From the NCBI GenBank assembly GCA_039096225.1, contig JBBPEB010000014.1:2170001-2234000 (forward strand): a stretch of 64,000 nucleotides of DNA, read 5' to 3'. The notes under the pieces are model-generated. The model worked only from the letters and a program-made list of their open reading frames with translations, was not told the DNA's origin and ran no database searches. Position 1 is the stretch's first letter. Every line of letters begins with the position of its first letter. The position numbers were made by a program, and so were the translations under genes. Positions 51,401 to 64,000 of this stretch are shown piece by piece. The DNA comes from Blastocystis sp. Blastoise. Its lineage: Eukaryota > Protista > Bigyra: Opalinata.

Positions 51401-53183
51401 TATATTTTAGATAAAATGATAAAAATAACGAATCCTATTTCTATTACTGTTTTAATATGTACAATGAATTATATAGTACGATCTTATTCATGGAAATTAA
51501 AAGAGATACAAAAGAATTCAATTCTTTCAATAGAAGGACATACTCATGAAGTTCAATCATTTTCAGATATTCAAATAAAACTCAATGAAATTTATACACT
51601 TTTCTTTAATACTCTTGATACTATCGATATTTTTATATTTCCAGTATATATATTGTTATTTGAATATCATTATGTCTCTTTTTTATCTAATCTATTATCT
51701 ATTGATATATATTGAATAGTAAAAAAAATTCTGTATAATAATATATATATATATCTATAGCCATTAGTAAGAGTTGTAACAGAATGTTGTCTTCATATAT
51801 ATATAAATACAAAAGGAAATAAAAAATGTATATTTATTTATATTTATATTAATATTTTTATTTATATAGTTGAAGAAAGAATTAACCAATATATGGAAAA
51901 AAGTTTTAATGTATTCAGAGATAATATAAAAAGTATATATATATAGTTAATTATAGTATATCCTATTAATCTTACTATATATATATATATATATATAGAT
52001 CCTCCTGAGAATAAGTATATAGCTATGTTTCTTATATATATTCTATAATATATATATAGACCTATATGTATTGCTGAGTTTTCAAATGCTCTAATAGACT
52101 TCTATATACATGATGATGAAAGAATAAGACAATGGTATTTTGAAATGTTCAAAATTTGTGTTGAAACTAGTGTATATATATATAAAGTTATATTATTTTA
52201 ATTATATATTGTTATAGTTTTCTAAAAGAAATGACGTTTTTGAGAATATTCAAGAAACTCAAGAATTTAAATATATTAATAAAAATGTTAAACAATATTT
52301 CGATTTTATACTAGTATATAATATAAATTTAATTCTATAAATATAATTAATATAATATATATAGTCTAATATAACAAATTCTGAAATAGATGAGAATTCT
52401 TGTTCTTTACTCTTAGCTTCAATAACACATTTTAGTATTGGTAATTTTACTAGAGAAACAACACAAAATAAATTATTCTATTTAGATAAACTTGAAATAC
52501 TATTCTTTTCTCCATTTGAAAATGTATATATCTAGTTATTATTGTATTCTATTTGTGAATTATTTCTTTATTCAATACTTATTTTCATTATATATATATA
52601 GATTCGTATCCAAGCAAAAAGTTTTTTTAACTATTTATATAGTTTTATGTCTAATGAGAATTTAACTACTTTAGTTAAACATTTTTCAGATATATATAAT
52701 AGAAAACATCTTACTGATGAACAAGTATATATATATTTATAAAGATATATATTCAATCTAATAATCATATTATATAGAAATTAATGAAACCAGAAGTTCT
52801 AAAAGAAGGAGCAGTATATATACTATTACTATATAAATTGTCTATTATTTTAAATATATATAGATCTATGGCTTATGTTCTATACTTGAAAATGAATACA
52901 TATGTCGACCCTGTGCTATTGATGCTATTAAAGTTATACTTAATCATATACCACTTTCAGAGTATATATATATAAATTATTTTATTTCTCCTAAATATCC
53001 CATATATAATATTATCTATTATTCACTAATCTTTATAGACAATGTCAAAAGATTGTGGATGTTTCCTTCCAAGAATTATTAAAGCAATCGATTAATTATT
53101 ATATTCCTCTGAAAACTTATTTTACTGATGAAGAATGGGATATTATAGCGTCTTCAAATAATAAACTCAATTATTTCTCTTAA
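45445..53183 (+). CDS. PSME4: Proteasome activator PA200/Blm10-like HEAT-repeat protein, many short exons, start codon uncertain
   Basis: Helical, Leu/Ile-rich exons. INYIDINNLEIS resembles the PA200 GIDxND motif. The end IRIQAKSFF...EGA|IYGLCSIL...KIVDVSFQELLKQ...KTYFTDEEWDIIASSNNKLNYFS-TAA parallels the PA200 C-terminus (...FTDDQLLVL...YYA). Confidence 0.7.
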
Positions 53184-53831
53184 AACTAGATATTTTATTC
53201 ACTAGCATACTAACTAACATTCTTATATATATATATTTATATTATTCTAATAATAATAAATATTTTATTTAATTTCCTTTTCATCATTTTAAACATTAGC
53301 AATGTATCTATATATATTTTTTAATAAATACTAATATAGTTTTTATTATTATTATGAGAATTATTTCTTTTTACTAATGGTTAATTAATATTTTTTTACA
53401 CAACAACATAATTATTCTATGAAAATACTATTATATTAATCCATATATATATTATTTAATGAAGAAATATATTTATATAAGATACTTTAACCTATATAAT
53501 TATTTTCTTTAGGATTCATAGAGTAAAACAGTTATTATAGAAAAAACTAAGATACACTAAAAGAATACTGTTTAATTATATATGTTTATAATAGAGAAGA
53601 TTCTTTTTAACATTATAATACTAAAAACGGATTATTCTAAAATACTGTTTATAAAATTATTATATTTAAACTTTAAATTTTTTCTTTAAACAAAACAAAA
53701 AAGTAGAATAGTTAATCAGGCAACAAATAATAAGTATTGAAAAAATATATATTTATAATCCAATAATAATAATAATAATAAAAATAAGAGTATCCTGACT
53801 AATTACTTCATTTTTTAGGTTACAAACCTCC

Positions 53832-55208
53832 TTAAAGACTTTCATTTGATCCTGGAATAATTACAACATCAACTTTGTCACCTTGACTAGAAGAATCACC
53901 TAATTTTTTAATACTAACGAGTACAACTTCCATAGTTTCAGGGAATTTAATAGGATCTAAAGCACTTAATTTAGTCTTAAGAGTAGCAGGCATAGTATCA
54001 GCGTGGAAGTCAAGTAAGAGTTGATTAGCAACAGAAACATCAGTATTAACATGATGATTTTGATTAGCAGGAAGACTGAAACGAACAGTAAAAATAGTAT
54101 TAAGAGCATCTTCTTTATCAGGCATAACATCATATATAATTAAATCATTTAATTTAGTAGTAGCAACTTCAATGAAAAGAGGATAGAATTCAAGAGTAGT
54201 ATTACTATTAATAAACTTAGAATCAACATTAGTAAGCTTAATAGTAACTTCAACATATTCTTCAGTTGAATAATCAAGACCACTACTAGCAACACATTCT
54301 TTAGTATTAATAGGGGTCCAAACAGCATCACCATCAACAGCAGCACATTTAGTATAAGCATGACCAGAATAACCTTCACCACATTCTAAATAAACAATAG
54401 TATTTAAAGTATAAGGACCTTCACCACCATTAGGATCATAATAAACTGTATAACCATCAAGGGAAGGTAAAGAAGCACAAGCTTTATCACCTTCAATAAC
54501 ATCAACACTCTTTACAGTAAGACTAACAGCAACATGGAAAACAGAAGGAGCATTAGACTTTAAATAAGTAAGAATATTAGAAGCAACACCTTCAGAAGAA
54601 CTATCAGTACCTTCAGTTAATTCATATTGAGAAGAATAAGAAGGAAGAGTAATAATACGAACGTGAATATCAGTCTTAGGAGTTCCGACAGGACGACCTT
54701 CACTATTTACACTAAGAGCTTCAGTATAACCAATTTGAATATCACCAACAGCAAAAGGGAAAGCACTAACAAAAGCATAAATCATATTGACTCTAGCAGT
54801 AGAAGTGAAATCACCAGGTAATAATCCAGTAAAAGTAAGAACCATATCGACACCAGAACTACCGACAGGAATACCTTCAGGACCAGCTTGTTTACTATAA
54901 CATTGATCCTCAACAGTTTCTAAAGCAAAAGCACTATTCTTGTAAACGCAAGTCTTTTGATTCTTACCAGAATAATCACCTTCACAAGCAGTAGTTTGAG
55001 ATAAATAAGGGAAAACAGTTTCACAAGCACTCTCAGCTTGACTGTAGCAAACACCTTTAATAGCATAAGAACCAGTAGCACAAGGAGTACAAACACTACT
55101 TTCTAAAGAACCATCACAATAGGACATACAATCAGCTCCATAATAACCAGGGAAACAAGTATCAGCAAAAGCTAAAGCAATAAATAATAAAATAGCTAAG
55201 AATTTCAT
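53832..55208 (-). CDS. Intronless secreted/surface protein: signal peptide, Cys-rich EGF-like region, Sushi/CCP-like module, two related beta/alpha domains
   Basis: MKFLAILLFIALAFA signal peptide; CFPGYYGADC; CASLPSLDG...VYLECGEGYSG...KC......WTP....C. Strong GGT/GCT/GTT codon bias suggests high expression. No TM or GPI tail visible. Confidence 0.8.
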   Translation of the reverse strand: MKFLAILLFIALAFADTCFPGYYGADCMSYCDGSLESSVCTPCATGSYAIKGVCYSQAESACETVFPYLSQTTACEGDYSGKNQKTCVYKNSAFALETVEDQCYSKQAGPEGIPVGSSGVDMVLTFTGLLPGDFTSTARVNMIYAFVSAFPFAVGDIQIGYTEALSVNSEGRPVGTPKTDIHVRIITLPSYSSQYELTEGTDSSSEGVASNILTYLKSNAPSVFHVAVSLTVKSVDVIEGDKACASLPSLDGYTVYYDPNGGEGPYTLNTIVYLECGEGYSGHAYTKCAAVDGDAVWTPINTKECVASSGLDYSTEEYVEVTIKLTNVDSKFINSNTTLEFYPLFIEVATTKLNDLIIYDVMPDKEDALNTIFTVRFSLPANQNHHVNTDVSVANQLLLDFHADTMPATLKTKLSALDPIKFPETMEVVLVSIKKLGDSSSQGDKVDVVIIPGSNESL

Positions 55209-57197
55209 CTCTTTATTATTCAATTATAAAACAAATTCAAAATAAAAAAAATATGAACAAAAACAAATATTCAAAAGAAAAGTTCACTTTCCAGATAAAT
55301 AGAGAAAAAACAGAAGTTTTATTTAATATCAAGGTTTTTATATTCGTAAGTGCAAAAAAATAATACGTTTCATTGTATATTATTCACGTTAGAATATTTT
55401 GATTTTTTCATAAAGGATTTAATAGTGGAGTTCATTATTTGTAGATAGTTTTTGTCTGTATATATAATTGTTTGTGTAAAGTCTTAATTAACTTACCATA
55501 GAAATAACTTTACAGTCTCTTATTTTATATAAAAACAATATTATTTTAAGAAACCATCTCAATCATTTATTTAAATATTCTAATATTCATCGATTCTATG
55601 TAAAAAGTGGAATTCACAAAAAACGAGGAAAGAACGACAAAATGAAACAGAAATAGAAATAGAAATAGTATGTCTTTTCTTGCTTTATGTTGTTAGCGCA
55701 TAACTTATCATCCTCATTTTCAAAAAAAAAAATTGTAATGAGTGTTTATCTAAATAAATACGATTCTCAAGAATATAGAAAGTATATTTTTATTTTATAT
55801 TACAGAACACGAAGCTATCTTTCTAATGATATACAGCCCTTGTAAATTATTATCATTTTTGAATGCAGTTTCAGTAGAGTGGTCATTTATTTTTATAAAG
55901 TTGTTAAAGAAATATATTGTCCATTCTTCTTTGAATAAAATTAATAAGATGATAATTTGAGTAAAGTAATTATTGTGATCAATTTTAAAAAATCACTCAT
56001 TTAAAAACAGTATTTGTTTATAAGGAAGGATTTCTGATTTCTCTAAATAGTTGATTTTATTTCGATAATGGAAATACTTTGTTTTTGACTAAAAAAATGT
56101 TAATTTTCATTTTTTTAAGAAACCTGTGATAAATTATGTGTTGAATATGTATGATATATAACACATATATTGAGTTGTATATAATGAATATTTTTTTATT
56201 TTTTTTTAGTTAACTATATTTTTACTAATGAACTTAAAATGTATTTACAGAAATCATATTTTCCTTATTTTGTTTTTACAATTCTTTTTTTATGTTTGAA
56301 ATTACTCAGTTAAAACATTCGTATCGTTACCAAATGATGATTACTAGTCTGTTGACAGCATGAGTGACTGATAGTAAAACAATTTAAGCTAGAAATGTCA
56401 TTTCTCACTTTAACAAAAAATATATTCTTTCAACAAATAGTTATTTTCTTCATAAATTTTAGTTAACAGAGTACATAGAAATGAAATAAGTGATGAAATA
56501 TCTTTAGCAGCTAACAGCAATAATCACTTTGAACTGTGTGGAACGTTTTTATATTTTATAGAATGAATAAAAGTGTATGATAAAGAGGTTAAAACAATGA
56601 CTGAATTGAAATAGGAATTCTTTGTTATCATTTCAGTTGGTTTTCAAAATATCGTAAAATCAATAAGTATAGTTACTTAATTCAACTATATAGCTTTAGA
56701 ATCATGTTTAATTTTGATGAATTAAGTTACAAGTCACAAATTGATAAATAGACCAAAGGTTAAACAAAGCAGCAAATATATAATATTTTGTTATAGTTCA
56801 GCATCTGTAGTATTGTCGTAGATTCTGAGAGCAAAATACCAAATAAGAAAAATGAGAATAACTAATTTTCTAAAAAAATATAGAGATTTCATTCTTATAC
56901 GAATTAATAATTCTTCGTGTGATCATAAATCTACAGTATAATGAGTCGTATGTTTCAGTATACTTAAAAACATAAACATAAAGAAAAGGAATTCAAAAAA
57001 AATCAATGGGATTCAGTTGCTTTTAAGCTCTTTCTTCAATGACTGATAGAGTTCTTCGTATAATCTTAGAAATCTGAGTTTTCTCCCGGTACAATAACGA
57101 ATATTCCAGATTATTTCTTTATCCACAATTCTTAAGCAAATTCTTATATGGCTTATCATTGAATTCGTATTTAATTTTAATAGAGTGATATTCAATT

Positions 57198-57392
57198 ATG
57201 TATCTTAATTTTACTATTGGCGACAACGGAAAGAGAGTCTATACTTTAAAGAAGGTCACTAAGGACAATAAAATTGCTCACACTGCCCATCCTGCTCGTT
57301 TCTCTCCTGATGATAAGTTTTCAAGACAAAGAATTACTTGCAAAACTCGTTATGGTTGTTTATTAACTCAATTACCTGAACAAAAGATGTAG
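57198..57392 (+). CDS. NOP10: H/ACA ribonucleoprotein subunit NOP10
   Basis: 64 aa: MYL.FT...G KRVYTLKK...[25 protein letters not shown]. Confidence 0.98.
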   Translation: MYLNFTIGDNGKRVYTLKKVTKDNKIAHTAHPARFSPDDKFSRQRITCKTRYGCLLTQLPEQKM

Positions 57393-58233
57393 ATTTTAAA
57401 TTGATTTTCATTCATTAAAATAGAATCAATTCTTTTTTTTTTTCATGTTGTTTCTTTATGGTATTTGTTGTTTAATTTTTTATATATCTTTATTAAAATG
57501 CATTTATTTACATTTTTTAAATTATTGTTGTGCTAAATATCCCAGTTATTTAAGCAGAATGTTTTTTTCTATATAAATTTTTTATTATTATGAGTCTATA
57601 TGAGAATTTCAAAACTTAAATAGGATACAGAATGATTGACAAGGTTATTACGACATATTAACTATGAAAACCCTAAAGTTGAGTAGTGAATCTGATTCAC
57701 ATTTTTATTCACAAACAGAAATATTACTAGTGTTTCATTATTGTCAGCCAAAATTAGGATTGAAATATGGACTATTTGTATATAAGTAGCAGATTTCAGT
57801 TTCACTATTGAATGAAATGAAAAATCTGATTATTGATCTTGATCTTAGTGATACTGATTATATATTATCTTTAATATTAAAAGACAAAAAAATAAGAATT
57901 ATATATAAATATAGAAGATCTTGAAAAAGAATAACAAATTCTATTTATTCATGAATATAAAGAAGATCTCTGAGTAATTGACATCATCTTTTCTGGGAAA
58001 TTTTTTTGTATTGAATCAAGACAACAATCTAAAAAGATCCACTGAATAACCGTGTTAAAATCGTTAACACATCGGAATATTCATGAAATAATAGAGAAAG
58101 ACGGTCTTGAGGGCTCATTTACACTGGAATAAAATTGACATTGTTTTTTTAATAAAATATCTTATACTTTCTATAAGATAAAACTTAGAGAAGAGCATTA
58201 TTTATTAACTGTTCCAAAAAGCATAAACAAACA

Positions 58234-61946
<3,713 letters not shown>

Positions 61947-62583
61947 TCATACTTATTCTATTCTATGCTTTCCTCTATATATATATATATATATTAAGCA
62001 TTATAAGATCTTTATCATTTTTCTATATACCTATATATATATATTAATAATTATACATCAATTTAGTTAACTATAATAATAATTATTATTATAGTACTTT
62101 TTTTCTATTCTATCTATATATTTATTTTTATAACATTTTCTACTTTTTATATATATTTGTTTATATTATGTTTTTTATTGTTTATTTGTTTTTTAATTAT
62201 AATCATAATTTTAAATAATAATCATTATTTAAAATTACATATATATTATATATTATATTATATATATATATAATTCTTTATTCTATATACAATAAATCAC
62301 TTCCTTGTACAATAAAATGTTATATATATTCTTCTTCTTATTTCCTCTGATATATCCAATTGATATACAAAGAATAGTACTGTATTTCTTTATTTGTTCT
62401 TCTACTATTTTATTATTATATACACTTTTGTTTTGTTGTATATAGATTGTTAAAACATTTTTTATAATTTTTTTTTGATAGGATAAATTATCATGATTAT
62501 ATATGTAAGTCACAAAATGTAAACAAATAAATAATAACAAACCACTATTAATGATTCTGTTTCTTTTTTATTTTTATATTTTC

Positions 62584-63034
62584 TCATCGATTTTTATGAT
62601 GTTTTTTATGTAATAAATTCCCTTGGGAAACAGGCCGATTATTTAAAAGTGGTGAATCATACGTATAGGGTGACTATAAATGAATAATAATATAAATAGA
62701 AAAAAAACGTAAGAAAAAAAATATATTGTTTTAAATAAGAAAAAATTTTAAAAAAATCATTATATATATATATAAATATATATACCATTGTATACAGAAC
62801 AAAATCTCTAAGGTTTTTCAAGTTATTTTTCGAAAGAAGTTCGTCATCATCGTCATCATATTCATCAAACGCGTCAGAATTTGTGTTTTCATCATCATCA
62901 TCATCACTTGTATTTGAAAGAGGAGTTATTGAAGGAGTTATAATACCAGTAGTCGTGTTTATATTATTATTTTCATCAATAATTATACTTGTATCTTCTT
63001 CACCAACTGTAAGTAGAGAAGAATTTAAAGATAT

Positions 63035-63124
<90 letters not shown>

Positions 63125-63598
63125 AACAATAGAAGAAGATAGAGAGATTGTTTCTGGTTCAGTAATATTTATTTGTTCATCATATATATCTATTATAGTT
63201 GGGTATTTCTCTGAAATACTTATATCTGAATGAATTGTGTTTTGAATACTAGAGCAACTAGATTGTGTTCCAGGGGATAAGGAGGGAGAAACTGAGGATT
63301 GTGGTGGGGAAGAACCCAAAGAAATTGAGGGAAGAGTAGATGAAGAATTCCCACGGTTATCATTCGAAATAATAGGATGGCCTTCATCCATTGATAAGGG
63401 AATAGACACCGAAACTGGCTCTATCTGACTATTATTATTATTATTATTATTAATACTACTATCTGTGTCAGATATATTTGAAGGTATTCTGTGATGAAGT
63501 ACAAAATGATTTTGTTCTATATACATATCTATAGACGCGTCATTACTCTTTAAAATTGGAGATAAAGAGAGAATGACGGACGGAGAGTTTAATACTGA

Positions 63599-63661
<63 letters not shown>

Positions 63662-64000
63662 CTTATTATTATCAGCAGAAGATGAAGGTACATATAAGAA
63701 TGATGCGTCACTAAGAAGGGAAATATCCTGTTGAGATTCGTTAAATGGTGTTATAAATTCATTTGAAATAGTATTTCCTTCTTCATTTCCTATATTGCTA
63801 TTATTGGATAAATGCTTCTGTTCGTACAGATTCTCTTCAATTTGATTGGATAACGACATAACTTGTTGACCTTGATGTGTAAATATATTTTGATTTTTAT
63901 TTATATCTTTCATATTATTATGCTTATCTTTCTCTTTTTTATTTGTTTTCTTTTTATGCATATTCTTATTATTCTTATTATTCTTATTATTCTTATTATT
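62584..64000 (-). CDS. 3' part of a hypothetical Asn/Ser-rich low-complexity protein (5' end off-window)
   Basis: Long open frame with poly-Asn, an intron after ...FVLYTM, and a last exon SPYTYDSPLLNNRPV...HHKNR-TGA at 62584. Confidence 0.6.

Noticed and set aside
56334-57700. Possible C/D-box snoRNAs near NOP10 (ATGATGA...CTGA at 56334-56370; ATGATTGA...CTGA at ~57632-57695)
   Set aside because: Too short or imperfect boxes, no terminal stem, no convincing rRNA guide; expected by chance in AT-rich DNA.
58225-58232. TGTTTGTT on the minus strand, the Blastocystis motif linked to poly(A)-completed stop codons
   Set aside because: No gene ends there, and the complete genes I could trace have genomic stop codons.

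Overview
Very AT-rich, intron-dense eukaryotic (protist) DNA. The gene content (expanded BTB-like/TLDc families, a mitochondrially targeted EF-G2) is compatible with an AT-rich Blastocystis-like stramenopile, but that is inference only. Left to right: mitochondrial EF-G2 (GFM2, 3' end off-window); an unknown gene; an intronless BTB-like+TLDc gene; three paralogous BTB-like/LRR-like genes (-,+,-), two sharing a ~1.5 kb near-identical internal tract; two small unknown genes. A mobile/rearranged block (~26.5-45.4 kb) follows: a lone GC-rich hairpin + CTAG (Helitron-type 3' end, minus strand), a 244-bp tandem array, an intact spliced CACTA/EnSpm-type DDE transposase with no visible TIRs, and a KMT2/MLL-like PHD+bromodomain gene that is disrupted and decays toward the transposase. 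Then a many-exon PA200/Blm10-like gene, an intronless secreted Sushi-domain protein, NOP10, a DENN gene and the 3' part of a low-complexity gene. Two leads stand out: (1) the composite Helitron-end/array/CACTA block; (2) introns bracketed by (TA)n tracts with strand-specific (TAT)n filler, with four junctions in conserved genes where the best protein model needs non-GT-AG ends (real, or consensus errors at microsatellite edges). All exon structures were derived by eye; no searches were run.
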